Positions 53,686-62,742 of a stretch of 64,000 bases of DNA are shown here, in pieces. Source of the stretch: an uncultured Gemmatimonadales bacterium (GTDB taxonomy: Bacteria > Gemmatimonadota > Gemmatimonadetes > Gemmatimonadales > GWC2-71-9); NCBI GenBank assembly GCA_963828735.1, contig CAWHFW010000002.1, forward strand, positions 640,001 through 704,000, read 5' to 3'. How positions within the stretch are numbered: the first letter of the stretch is position 1; each line of letters starts with the position of its first letter. Under the pieces are notes generated by a model, which had not been told where the DNA came from, did no database searches, and was given only the letters and a program-made list of their open reading frames with translations. The position numbers were made by a program, and so were the translations under genes.

Positions 53686-53732
53686 GACGCGTTCCTCCTT
53701 TGTGAAAGCCTGGCGGCCCTGGCTTCTGCTGC

Positions 53733-54152
53733 TTAGCGTCGGAGGGCCGCGAGTTGACCCGCGATGTACCCGCCCACGGGCAGGTCAAACCCGACACAAA
53801 ACAATGCGTACCACGACGGCGCGAACGCAGGGCCACCGGTATAGTGAAAGAAGAGGTCCCAGGCGACGTGGGCGGTCCAGCCGAGCGCCAGGAGAGCGGG
53901 CCAGCGCCGGGTGCCGAGCACAGCAGCAGCGCCATACAGGATGGCGCCGACCAGCTCGAGCTCGAGGTGGTCTCGTGGCGCTCCCAGTTGCAGGCCGAAC
54001 ACCAGATAGGCGACCGCCGTAATGCCGAGTCCGATGCCGTACACCAGCATGTCCCGGCGCGGCGCGAACCGCCGGGCGAGAAGCACTAGTGCCGCCGCAC
54101 CGAAGACACCGACCCCGACGGCAACTGTGGGTTGGGAAATGGCTGCGAACAT
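53733..54152 (-). CDS. Hypothetical membrane protein
   Basis: Several TMs; LGWTAHVAWD..H, P.WY..FC.GFD. Confidence 0.7.
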   Translation of the reverse strand: MFAAISQPTVAVGVGVFGAAALVLLARRFAPRRDMLVYGIGLGITAVAYLVFGLQLGAPRDHLELELVGAILYGAAAVLGTRRWPALLALGWTAHVAWDLFFHYTGGPAFAPSWYALFCVGFDLPVGGYIAGQLAALRR

Positions 54153-54261
54153 GGCGAATCACTGCCTAGTGAGCGTTGACCCCGTGGGGCCGATTGATGC
54201 TGTGTCGATCGGCGTGCTTCTTCCGCTGTTGAGGGCATGAGACGGCATTTCCTTCCGGCCC

Positions 54262-54657
54262 TCAACCCTGCGTGGCGGTGACCATGTTCGCGTCCCGAAA
54301 GATGACCCAGCGGCCGTCCGCCTGCCGTCGCAGCACCGACAATACGGGACCGCTCATCAGCGTCGGGGGGCCGCCGCCGACCGGTTGGGCCTCCAGCTTC
54401 AAGTGATTCCAGCAGTAGGCCCAGTCGCCGAACACCTGAATCTCTTGGATGTCGGCCGTCCCGGTGATCACCCGCTGACCTTCCATGGCCCGTGACGCCG
54501 CGGCAAACCCCTCCCTGCCCCGCATGGGAGCGCGCCCCGGGCCAAGGAACACGACGTCGTCCGCCATCAGCTCCAACACGCGCGACAGCTCACCCTTGCC
54601 TGAGGCCTCGAGCCATGTCGCAACCAGTGTTCGAATCGCTTGCTCGTCCGCATTCAT
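54262..54657 (-). CDS. NTF2-like / SgcJ-EcaC (DUF4440) protein
   Basis: DEQAIR.LV..W, LMADDVVFL, GDWAY, DGRWVIFRDAN. Confidence 0.88.
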   Translation of the reverse strand: MNADEQAIRTLVATWLEASGKGELSRVLELMADDVVFLGPGRAPMRGREGFAAASRAMEGQRVITGTADIQEIQVFGDWAYCWNHLKLEAQPVGGGPPTLMSGPVLSVLRRQADGRWVIFRDANMVTATQG

Positions 54658-54772
54658 GAGTTCATCTCACAGGCGATCATGGTCACGCCCGCACGAACCA
54701 ACGTTTCCACCGTTTTGGCCGCCGGGAAGGATGCGACCGGACGGCGTACTCGCCGAGTCTGTAGGCCGCATT

Positions 54773-55117
54773 CTAGGCTACCTGCTGCCGGAGTTCCAAC
54801 CACACCCACACGGCGCCGATCGCTAGGCAGCCTGTCGCCACCACCCCCGCCAAGAAGAAGAGCATCCCGGGACCGACGGGGTTGGGATCCGGGTCGGGCC
54901 AGAGTCCGACCTTCGCCGCAACGATAATGGCCACCAACGGGGCCGAGCCCACCAGCAGGACAGTCAACCCAGTGCGTACCCACCGCGAACGCAGATAGGC
55001 ACCTCGCTGCGATGGATTGCCGAGCACCCAGGCCAGCAGTCCCAGAGGTGGGGCCAGGAAGCACAGGAGAAGCACCAGGGCGTTGGGCCACGCGGGGCTG
55101 GAACGAGACTCCGGCAT
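54773..55117 (-). CDS. Hypothetical membrane protein
   Basis: Three TMs, DPNPNPVG-like loop (DPDPNPVGPG). Confidence 0.65.
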   Translation of the reverse strand: MPESRSSPAWPNALVLLLCFLAPPLGLLAWVLGNPSQRGAYLRSRWVRTGLTVLLVGSAPLVAIIVAAKVGLWPDPDPNPVGPGMLFFLAGVVATGCLAIGAVWVWLELRQQVA

Positions 55118-55166
55118 ACGCCGTTTCCTCCACGGGGGTCGGGGTGACGTCCAGCCGGGCTGGTGT

Positions 55167-55219
55167 CTTGCGCATCAGCTGCAAGACCTCAGGCCCGCGC
55201 CCACACAAACCTACGTTCC
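55167..55219 (-). repeat. attC-like half site
   Basis: CTTGCGCATCAGCTGCAAG...AAACCTACGTTCC. Confidence 0.65.
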
Positions 55220-55226
55220 ACTGCAC

Positions 55227-55651
55227 TCAACCGGCCCGTTCAACGAGCGGCAGCAGCCGGGAGTCCTCCAAGGCGGCCAGCCGGTGCCCGAGGCCCTCGA
55301 GATAGCCTGCATTCGTCTCGAACGAACGGAGGCTCGCTGCGCTTTGATGTCGAACCAGCAATACCAGGTCCCACCGTTCCGCCGGCGGACCAATGAGATA
55401 CTCGGCTCCCTGCCCAAGGAACAGGACCTCACTCCCGGCCGCTGCGCATGGGCGACGTACCGCTCGTAGGCTTCAGCCCCGGTGATGGCTTGCGGTGGAA
55501 CCAGCGCGGGGCTCGCGAAATAGTCGGCCACCGCACGAAAGCGAAGCAGATTGAGCAGGACCACGGGGCCAGGCTGCGCTTGCGAGAAGTAGCGCCGACC
55601 TGCCTCCTGCGTGACCTCGAGAAAAGGATATAGTGGAGCATTGCTCGTCAC
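55227..55651 (-). pseudogene. DUF1330-like protein with frameshift or deletion near 55440
   Basis: GPVVLLNLLRFR...GAEAYERY then, in another frame, LIGPPAERWDLVLLVR...HRLAALEDSRLLPL. Confidence 0.7.
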
Positions 55652-55756
55652 GAAGGTTCCGATCTGAAGGTGTGGTGAGTGCCCGCGGCCATCGACACGC
55701 GGATGAGCCGCAGAAGACCGGCTCTCGACTCGCCCGGCTAGGCGCGCGCGCCAAAC

Positions 55757-56971
55757 TCACAGGCGTGGTCGAAGTTGCAGGACCATGCGTCGTTCCCTCC
55801 CTCGGCGCATCACAACCAGCTGCACGGTTGCGCCAGGTTGGGAGAATCGCTCCCGAACGCCACTCAAGCCCAATCGCGCCGGTGATTCCCCGTCGATCGC
55901 CAGGAGCGAATCACCCGCCTGAATGCCTGCGACATCACCAGCGGAGCCGGGGGTGACGCTCAGCACGATAACGTCTTGAAAGGTTGCGCCGCTGGTGGCC
56001 AGCAGAAGGCCGCTCGCATCATACTCGAACGGGCCATGGGTTCGCGCGGTTGGCTCCAAGATCGCACGCCGCCTGCCATAATCGAACACGAGGTTGAAGC
56101 GACTCAGCAAGCCCATCCCTACCGTGCCGGCATCGCCGCGACGCTCGGTCTCTGCCGAATAGGCCGCAATCGGCCGTGTCACCGTGCTGCCTCCGATTGT
56201 CACGCTGTCGAGCCGGATCAGGTACGCCGCCACTTTGCCGCCAAGCGCCGCGCCCAGCGCGGGGGCCCGGGAGCTACCTCGGGCTAACTCGGTCTGCCGG
56301 ACGAATGAGCCATTCAGGCCGAGGATATCGAGGCTTCCCGTGTCCAGCTTGAGCTTGGCTGGGATCGCTCGCCCGTTCACATAGAGAAGCCCGAGGGCAA
56401 ACGGCTCATTCGCCTCGATCCACAGGGGCAGTATGTGGCCCGAGCCCGAGTACTCGAAGGTAGTGGGCGCGAACAGCTCCACGACACGTCGATCGTAGTC
56501 GATTCGCGTCACGTACTGCATCAGGAAATCGTGGCCGAGGATCCCCGCGTAGGGCAGGCCAAGCAGCGGCTCGACGTTGCGGAGGTCGATGACCGCCAGG
56601 CTCTCGGGTCGGAATATCAGCCGACCAATGTGGAGCCGGATCCCGGGAACGACGCCGACCTCCGCGTGCCCGCCAGGGACCACCAGCTCTCGGTGGGCGT
56701 AGCCCGGCAGGCGCAGGGAGTCCGCATAGCGACGGTTCACGACACTTGTCTCGAACCCAGAATCGAGCAGCCAGAGGCGAGCGGGGGCGCTGTCGCTTCC
56801 CACCGCCACGAAGACCATTCCACCCGCGCTGATCAGCGGCAGGGTGGCGAGCGGGCCCACGGAAGCCGTTGGCGGCGCATGAACGGCGGGGCTTGGTCGG
56901 CACGCGCAGATCAAAGTGAGTGTCGCGACCAACACCTGATCGCCACAGCGGCTAGCAGCACCTGATGGCAT
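55757..56971 (-). CDS. Aspartyl protease (tandem retropepsin-like domains) with PDZ domain
   Basis: LLDSG, GILGHDFL, LDTGS, GTVGMGLL, PGSAGDVAGIQAGD; start uncertain. Confidence 0.85.
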   Translation of the reverse strand: MPSGAASRCGDQVLVATLTLICACRPSPAVHAPPTASVGPLATLPLISAGGMVFVAVGSDSAPARLWLLDSGFETSVVNRRYADSLRLPGYAHRELVVPGGHAEVGVVPGIRLHIGRLIFRPESLAVIDLRNVEPLLGLPYAGILGHDFLMQYVTRIDYDRRVVELFAPTTFEYSGSGHILPLWIEANEPFALGLLYVNGRAIPAKLKLDTGSLDILGLNGSFVRQTELARGSSRAPALGAALGGKVAAYLIRLDSVTIGGSTVTRPIAAYSAETERRGDAGTVGMGLLSRFNLVFDYGRRRAILEPTARTHGPFEYDASGLLLATSGATFQDVIVLSVTPGSAGDVAGIQAGDSLLAIDGESPARLGLSGVRERFSQPGATVQLVVMRRGRERRMVLQLRPRL

Positions 56972-57236
56972 CGAGCACCTGTTCGGTACAATTGCTGATG
57001 GGGTTGGTCGCCCGACGGAATGCACGTCAGCTGAAACGACCCGAGAAACCCTGGGCCCTTCATCGGCCTCTGGGCGACTGAAGCTCACTGGCGCGTGGTC
57101 CAACCGGAGGCGCCGTCGACGTGCTTCCGGCAGCGCAGGCCAGGGCGACGCTGACCAGTGGGGAGAGCCGACCGAAGCCTCCGACCGTTCGACGCGTATT
57201 CGTCAGAACACCGTTCTCCTTGACTTGTGCGTTGGC

Positions 57237-57377
57237 GCCTGGGGATGGCAATCAACTGCAGGCGTTCAGCCTGCCGCCCGCACGATGTCAACGCCTTTGC
57301 TTGTTGGCGGCGAGGAGCGTCGCGGCCTCAGGGAATCCCGGCCCGTCTCGGCCTGTCAGCTGCATTGCGGGTTAGGC
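57237..57377 (-). repeat. attC-like site (141 bp)
   Basis: Arms ATCAACTGCAGGC and GCCTGTCAGCTGCAT pair with two extrahelical bases; GTTAGGC at 57371-57377. Confidence 0.75.
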
Positions 57378-57759
57378 TGCTGGCCCGCGCGATCTCGTCA
57401 GCGTCAACCTGTACCGAGCTCTGGGTCAACAGCGTGTGCGTCTTGGCCGTAGCTAGCGTGATCTGCGCGGTCCCTGCCCCGATCGCCGTGACGCGGCCTG
57501 TGAGCGCATCGATGGTCGCCACCCCGGGGTGATCACTCGTCCATCGGAAATTGGCAGGCTGGGCGTCAGTCGGTAGACAGGCAGGGGCCGGCGTCAACTG
57601 CGGTTCAAGGGTGACGGCCTGACCGACCGCGAGCCTGGCAGAATCCGGGCTGATGGCGGCGAGTCGGATGTTGCACCGATCCACGCTGAGCGGCTCCGCG
57701 CTGCACGCACCCGCAAGCAACGCGGCGGCGTTCACGACGAGGCGAACATTCCGAGACAT
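57328..57759 (-). CDS. Ig-like (Big_2) domain lipoprotein
   Basis: AGAC lipobox-like motif; WTSDHPGVATID..TGRVTAIGAGTAQIT. Confidence 0.8.
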   Translation of the reverse strand: MSRNVRLVVNAAALLAGACSAEPLSVDRCNIRLAAISPDSARLAVGQAVTLEPQLTPAPACLPTDAQPANFRWTSDHPGVATIDALTGRVTAIGAGTAQITLATAKTHTLLTQSSVQVDADEIARASSLTRNAADRPRRAGIP

Positions 57760-57834
57760 CGGGTCAACTCCTGGCATCCTGCAACTTGGAGAGGCCCCTC
57801 CCGGCCAACTTCCGTCACTCCCGCCTCGGGAGTT

Positions 57835-57890
57835 GCCTAACGACTTCGCATCAGCTGCAAGCGATCATGCTCACGCCCGCCCTTAACCTG
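57835..57890 (-). repeat. attC-like half site
   Basis: GCCTAAC-GACTTCGCATCAGCTGCAAGCGATCATGCTCACGCCCGC. Confidence 0.7.
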
Positions 57891-57916
57891 TTGGCTGGCG
57901 CTCCGCACTGACTCCT

Positions 57917-58252
57917 CTAGCGTTGCTTCGGAGGCAGGGAGCTAGCGTACTTCGCGGCACGATCTACCCACTTCTCGAGCTGCGCACCGGTGGCGACCCC
58001 GCTCGGTTCTACCAGCACCCAGGCCTTCATCGGACGCCCGGTCAGATCGAATACTCGCGTGTGCGGCTCCGTCAGGGCTTGGCCGGCCGCCTCAGGACCG
58101 AGGCGAGCAATCAGAGCATCGCGATGCACGCCGCAGCACATGTTGCCTTGCAGCATGAAGGTGATCCCGCCAAACATCTTCCGTTCGGCTACCCCTCTAT
58201 GCCTGCTCAGGTGTGCTCGAATGCGTGCCGCCAAGCTCTCATCGAATGCCAT
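57917..58252 (-). CDS. TfoX/Sxy N-terminal domain protein
   Basis: MAFDESLAARIR, ERKMFGG, GRPMKAWVLV, LPPK. Confidence 0.9.
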   Translation of the reverse strand: MAFDESLAARIRAHLSRHRGVAERKMFGGITFMLQGNMCCGVHRDALIARLGPEAAGQALTEPHTRVFDLTGRPMKAWVLVEPSGVATGAQLEKWVDRAAKYASSLPPKQR

Positions 58253-58283
58253 CGGGCCTTTCGCTTGGTGGAAGAGGATGTCG

Positions 58284-58407
58284 GTGCATCCGACTGCAGG
58301 CTATCACGGTCGCGCCCGCACAAACCTTCGTTCCATACCGCGCCCGAGGTGCCGCCCGTCCGCGCGCCGCGCCTCCCGGTCTATCGGCCGCATGCGCCGG
58401 GTTAGAC
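58284..58407 (-). repeat. attC-like site containing the stop codon of the upstream gene
   Basis: GTGCATCCGACTGCAGG...AAACCTTCGTTCC...TCGGCCGCATGCGCCGG-GTTAGAC; TAA at 58402-58404. Confidence 0.7.
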
Positions 58408-58958
58408 GGCGCGTCGGAGCGCCAGGCCGCGAATATCGGCCGCAAGTTCCGGGAACTGGGCCTGATTGAACTCGTGGCCCCGACCATCCAGAACGCGCAC
58501 CGTGGCGTGCGGGAGGAGACGCCGATAGCGCTGCAGATGCTTGATCGGAACGTCGGCGTCGTCCAGGCTGTGGTATAGAAAGATCGGGGATAAGTCACGG
58601 AGGCGCACCCCAAAGTCGGGCGGTAGCGCAAACTCCGGAAAGTCCGGCCCCCAAAAAGGCATCGCGACAAGAAACAGGCCCGCCGGAGTCGGGCGCCGCA
58701 CGGTCTCCGCGAGATACTTCAGAAGCACCGAAGCTCCGAAGGAATGACCCACAAGAACAGGCCGGCGAGTCCTCCTGATCAGTTCATCGATACGGCGACC
58801 CAGGTCCAATACTGTGGGTGCTCGGGCCGGGGCATGCGCGGCGCCAGGACACGATACCCCCGCCCCAGCGTATCGCCGAGTAGCGGCTCCCAATACACTC
58901 TGCCTTGCCGCCGCCGAGGCTTTCCAGCACCATGAATCACGAGGATTCTCCGCGCCAT
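58402..58958 (-). CDS. Alpha/beta hydrolase (RBBP9/YdeN-like), frameshift near 58800
   Basis: ILVIHGAG...APRMPRPEHPQY in one frame; GHSFGA, HSLDD..VP and GHEF in another. Confidence 0.75.
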
Positions 58959-59067
58959 GAGTGCAAGGTCGCTCCGTCAGCACGGGCGAGCAAGAAGTGT
59001 GTCGGCTGCATGCGCGGGGTAGCCGGCGCTCGCTCGACAGCGTGCGCGCGACCGTGGCGAGACCCAT

Positions 59068-59580
59068 CTACCGGCGCCTCAAGGTGACACGGGCGAACGG
59101 CCGCCGGACGCCCGCACTGTCATTATCCATATGCCACTGCCAGGAATCGGATGGCCGATGGTAGACGAACGTGGTGTGGAAACTGGCCGTCGCGGTGTAC
59201 CGGAAGAGAAACGGGATCGAATCGCCCGCCACGGTCCCGCGGCCAATGCCGGCCGGATCGAAGGCCGTGGCGCCCGTATTATCCATCCAGAGGCAAGCGT
59301 ACTCACCGGACCGTGGATCGCGGCCAAACAGGACGACGGCCTCATAGGCCGGCGTGCCATTGGAGGCTCGCTCGCGGGACACCTCGTGCATCTGAACGTA
59401 TTCGCGCCCGAGCACCCACTCGAACGTTACGTCATGCGTCGTTTCCCGGCGGGCGATGGTGCCTGCAAGGACCCATCGGCCGATAAGACGGTCGAACAGG
59501 GAGTCTGGCGGCAGCGCCTGAGCCTGCAGCGGAGCGGCGGCGAGTACGACGATCATGAGAACGCGAGAGCAGACCTTCAT
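59068..59580 (-). CDS. Exported hypothetical protein (DUF1579-like beta-barrel)
   Basis: Signal peptide LQAQ; DRLIGRWVL.G, WMDNTG; followed by attC-like arm 59001-59024. Confidence 0.65.
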   Translation of the reverse strand: MKVCSRVLMIVVLAAAPLQAQALPPDSLFDRLIGRWVLAGTIARRETTHDVTFEWVLGREYVQMHEVSRERASNGTPAYEAVVLFGRDPRSGEYACLWMDNTGATAFDPAGIGRGTVAGDSIPFLFRYTATASFHTTFVYHRPSDSWQWHMDNDSAGVRRPFARVTLRRR

Positions 59581-59622
59581 AGCCTTCCTTGGCCCCTGCC
59601 ATGTAGGTCATGCACGTTTGCC

Positions 59623-59682
59623 ACCTAACGAACGGCGGATCAACTGCAGGCGCTCAGGCCCGCGCGCGCAAACCTGCGTTCC
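59623..59682 (-). repeat. attC-like half site
   Basis: ACCTAAC-GAACGGCGGATCAACTGCAGGCG...AAACCTGCGTTCC. Confidence 0.7.
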
Positions 59683-59689
59683 ACAGCGC

Positions 59690-60115
59690 TCACACCGGCG
59701 CGGGTCGGGCCGCGTCCTGCCGTTCGTGGAGAAGCATCCAGGACGTGCCGAACTTGTCCCGGAGCATGGCAAAGCGAGACGCGAAAAAGGTCTCCTCCAT
59801 TTTCATGAAGATCTGACCGCCGTCGGACAGCAGAGCATAGAGGCGCTCCGCTTCCTCGGTACTGTCGACAGTGAGGGTCAGATAAGCGCTCCGCATCGGC
59901 TCGGACCCCGGAATGTCGGCTCCCATGAGCACGGTCCTGCCAATCTCGATCCGGGCGTGCAGGATGGCCTTCTTCCAATTGGCCGGCACGTTGGCCTGAT
60001 TCGGCTGTTGATCGTGCGTCATCATCATCGTGATCTTGCCGCCGAGGTGCTGCTCGTAGAAGCGGAACGCCTGCTCGCAGTCACCCGCGTAGTTGAGATA
60101 GACGTCGAGTTTCAT
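59690..60115 (-). CDS. PhnB-like VOC family protein
   Basis: YLNYAGDCEQAFRFY, ILHARI, ETFFASRFAMLRDKFGTSWM. Confidence 0.9.
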   Translation of the reverse strand: MKLDVYLNYAGDCEQAFRFYEQHLGGKITMMMTHDQQPNQANVPANWKKAILHARIEIGRTVLMGADIPGSEPMRSAYLTLTVDSTEEAERLYALLSDGGQIFMKMEETFFASRFAMLRDKFGTSWMLLHERQDAARPAPV

Positions 60116-60244
60116 CGGATCCTTCCTCATGAGACCGTTTGTCCCCAATCAGCCTAAGGAAGCTGCAGCAAGGCGACGGGTTCGGCCCGGCGAATGGCGC
60201 CTCAACGGCAGGCCCTCCGGCGTGTACCGCAGACCTACGTTCCG

Positions 60245-61423
60245 CTACCCGGGACGTCTTCCCAGCGTCTCGAGATAGAACGCCTCGACCCGACGCGCGT
60301 GTCCCCGGATGTCGAATGTCTCGCGCGCCCGCTGGATGCCCGCAGCCCGCAGGGCCGCGAGCCGGTCGGGCGACGCGGCCATGAGCTCCGACACCGCCCG
60401 GGCGATCGCCTCGGGAGTGCGCTCGGGGACGAGGAAGCCGGTCTCCGGTGAGAGCGCCTCCCGATTGCCGCGGATGTCTGTTGCGACCGGCACCACCCCG
60501 CAGGCCATCGCCTCGAACAACACCCGCGACAGCCCTTCGGTATCCTGGTGCGAGCCGCTCAACAGCACGTCGGCGGCCTGCAGCCACCGCTCGATATCGG
60601 ATTGCTGGGGCAGCACGCGCACGTCCTTCGTGATGTCCAGTGCCCGACTGCGGCGCGCGATGTCCACAATGATCGTCGGCGGGTCAGGTGTGCCGATGAC
60701 GAGCAGAAGCGGACGGGCAGGCGGAGCGTGTGCAGCGGCGAGCGCGCCCATCGCGTCCACGATGTCGAGCACGCCTTTGGCTGCCTTGACTTGCCCGACA
60801 AACAGCAGGACGAAACCGTCTACGGGGAGGTCGAGCGCGCGGCGCAGCGCTGCGCGGTCGTCGGGCGGGCGGAAGCGCGTCATGTCCGCCCCATCCCTGA
60901 TCGTCCGGTAGCGCGCCGTGACCCGCGGCGAAGCGGAGAATCGTTGCCGGGTGGCCTCGGACACGCCGATCATCCCATCGGCCAGGCGCTCCAGGATCGG
61001 GTCGAGGTGGTGTCGGGTGGTGAGGCGGACGAACCAGACCATCCTGGCCGGTGTGCCGAGCTTGGCCAGCCCACAAGTGAGGGCGTCGCGAGCTGCGTCG
61101 GGTGCGATGATGTCGATGGCACGTTCGCGCAGCAGGGCCCGGATGCGGCGGCTCGACCGCCAGACGGCGCGCAATGTGCGCGGCTTGATGTGGTGCAGCG
61201 GGATGTGCACGACAGGGCAGCCGAGGGCGGTGAGATGATCGCTCAGCTCCCCCGGGCCGGGACAGATCGCCAGGGGCTCGACCACGGCACGGTCGAGGTG
61301 CTCGATCAGCAGCGCCATGCTGCGCTGCCCGCCCATGCGCAGGTGCCGATGATGGCTCACGAAGGCTACGCGAATCGGGCGAGGCGGGCTCATCTGGGAC
61401 GCCCGATCCTGGGACGTGGCCAT
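60245..61423 (-). CDS. Glycosyltransferase family 4
   Basis: GGQRS, FVGQV..AKG, EGLSRVLFEAMACGVVPVATD..G..E. Confidence 0.9.
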   Translation of the reverse strand: MATSQDRASQMSPPRPIRVAFVSHHRHLRMGGQRSMALLIEHLDRAVVEPLAICPGPGELSDHLTALGCPVVHIPLHHIKPRTLRAVWRSSRRIRALLRERAIDIIAPDAARDALTCGLAKLGTPARMVWFVRLTTRHHLDPILERLADGMIGVSEATRQRFSASPRVTARYRTIRDGADMTRFRPPDDRAALRRALDLPVDGFVLLFVGQVKAAKGVLDIVDAMGALAAAHAPPARPLLLVIGTPDPPTIIVDIARRSRALDITKDVRVLPQQSDIERWLQAADVLLSGSHQDTEGLSRVLFEAMACGVVPVATDIRGNREALSPETGFLVPERTPEAIARAVSELMAASPDRLAALRAAGIQRARETFDIRGHARRVEAFYLETLGRRPG

Positions 61424-61597
61424 CAAGCAGGGTTCACAGACGCCCCGCCGCGGCCTTCAACAAGGCAATCCTTTGGGGAAAGGAGGTGCGAGTACTGATC
61501 ATGAACGCTCCTCCATGGAGCCGTCGCCTGGTCAGGGATTCTCGCTTTGACCGAAGCATCGTGCCGGTCCCAGGCGCCCCCACGTATGCGATGGCGC

Positions 61598-61885
61598 TCA
61601 GTCCCGGCCCTTCTTGTCCGGAACCTCGCTGCTGTCCGCGATGAGGTACGGGTCGCGCCCGGTCCGGGCGGCGGACAGAAGGATCCAGCCGATCCCAAGG
61701 TTGCCCAACCCTAGCCAGAGGCCGGAGTGAACGCGTCGCGACCAGGTGGGCCAGCTCGCGGCACCGACGCCGTGGAAGTCCAAGATGATCATGAGAACGC
61801 CGGCGCCCAGGAGTAGCGGGCCAAATATCCAAGCGAGCGCACGAAAGACGGGGTGCACTGGGCCGGGACGCAGGAATCGCAGCAC
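61598..61885 (-). CDS. Hypothetical membrane protein
   Basis: Two TMs; RBS GGAGG before the GTG. Confidence 0.55.
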   Translation of the reverse strand: MLRFLRPGPVHPVFRALAWIFGPLLLGAGVLMIILDFHGVGAASWPTWSRRVHSGLWLGLGNLGIGWILLSAARTGRDPYLIADSSEVPDKKGRD

Positions 61886-61917
61886 TCGCCCTCCGATCCT
61901 ATTCTGAACTCGCCGCG

Positions 61918-62163
61918 CTAGCCACCTATGCGCCGGTCTTCCCGTGCCTGGCTAAGTAGACGCTCTGCAAAATCGAGCCGTTCTTGTGTTTCCGCCAACT
62001 CCTGTTGGACGTCCTGGAGACTACGTTCAACCGCCTCGAGCCGCGCAGTGACCTCGGGCGATGCCGATCCTGGGAGAGTGGCACGCAAGCGAGCTATCTT
62101 GACCGCCGCGAAAGCAATAATCGCCGCGATCGGTACGAGTGGGCCAAGAAAAGCAGGGTCCAT
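61918..62163 (-). CDS. Small TM + coiled-coil protein
   Basis: RBS AGGAGG; TM; ELAETQERLDFAERLLSQ. Confidence 0.75.
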   Translation of the reverse strand: MDPAFLGPLVPIAAIIAFAAVKIARLRATLPGSASPEVTARLEAVERSLQDVQQELAETQERLDFAERLLSQAREDRRIGG

Positions 62164-62193
62164 GTGGCCTTCCTCCTGAGACTCGTTTCCCCT

Positions 62194-62333
62194 GCCGAAC
62201 GACTTGCGTATCAGCCGCGCGCCTCGGGCTGGCGCTCGCACCACCCTACGTTGCGCTGACCTCCATCGGAGGTCAGCGCCCGGGCGGAGCCCGGCCTCCC
62301 GTTCGGTCCGTCGGCCGCATGCGCGGGTTAGGC
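62194..62333 (-). repeat. Best-preserved attC-like site (140 bp)
   Basis: Sense strand GCCTAAC-CCGCG-CATGCGGCCGACG...GCGCGGCTGATACGCAAGTC-GTTCGGC, with a central 12-bp perfect hairpin GCGCTGACCTCC/GGAGGTCAGCGC. Confidence 0.8.
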
Positions 62334-62358
62334 CGCACGCCGGCTCGATCGCCACGCC

Positions 62359-62676
62359 CTAGGGTGCTCGATCTGGCGCGGCCAGGACTTCGTAGTGATG
62401 GACCGTGCTGTCGAACCGCACCAGGGCCGCTCGGGCCTCGGGTTCCACGACCGCGAGCTCGGGCTGATCGCCGGCGAAAGCGCGGATTGCGTCCATCGAC
62501 TCCCAGAGGGTAAGCACAAGGAACTCGATTTCCTCGAGCCCCTGACGGCGTAACAGGTACAAGCCTTTGAAACCGGGCAGCTGCTCGAGCTTCGGCCGGA
62601 CCGTTTGAAGCAAATGCTTGGGGTATGTTTCTCCCGCTGTAACCGCCCCATACCCACGCCACGCTCGCACGACCAT
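62359..62676 (-). CDS. Antibiotic biosynthesis monooxygenase (ABM) family protein
   Basis: RAWRG, PGFKG..LLRR, LTLWESMDAIRAFAG, AVV, V.HYEV. Confidence 0.88.
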   Translation of the reverse strand: MVVRAWRGYGAVTAGETYPKHLLQTVRPKLEQLPGFKGLYLLRRQGLEEIEFLVLTLWESMDAIRAFAGDQPELAVVEPEARAALVRFDSTVHHYEVLAAPDRAP

Positions 62677-62742
62677 ACGGCTCCCAGAAGATCAATCAGG
62701 CGACTCTCGCTGCGAGCAAGGGTGACCGGGTGACGTCGGACT

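Larger units (their letters stand above)
36861..62333 (-). mobile_element. Degenerate integron-like gene-cassette array (cluster of attC-like sites, no integrase in the window)
   Basis: About 15 related intergenic repeats with RYYYAAC/GTTRRRY-like cores between short co-oriented genes; several stop codons fall inside the inverse core. Confidence 0.75.

Noticed and set aside
57060..57212. Short lipoprotein-like ORF between two attC-like sites
   Set aside because: Only a signal-like segment of ~50 aa remains; probably a truncated cassette remnant, too weak to annotate.
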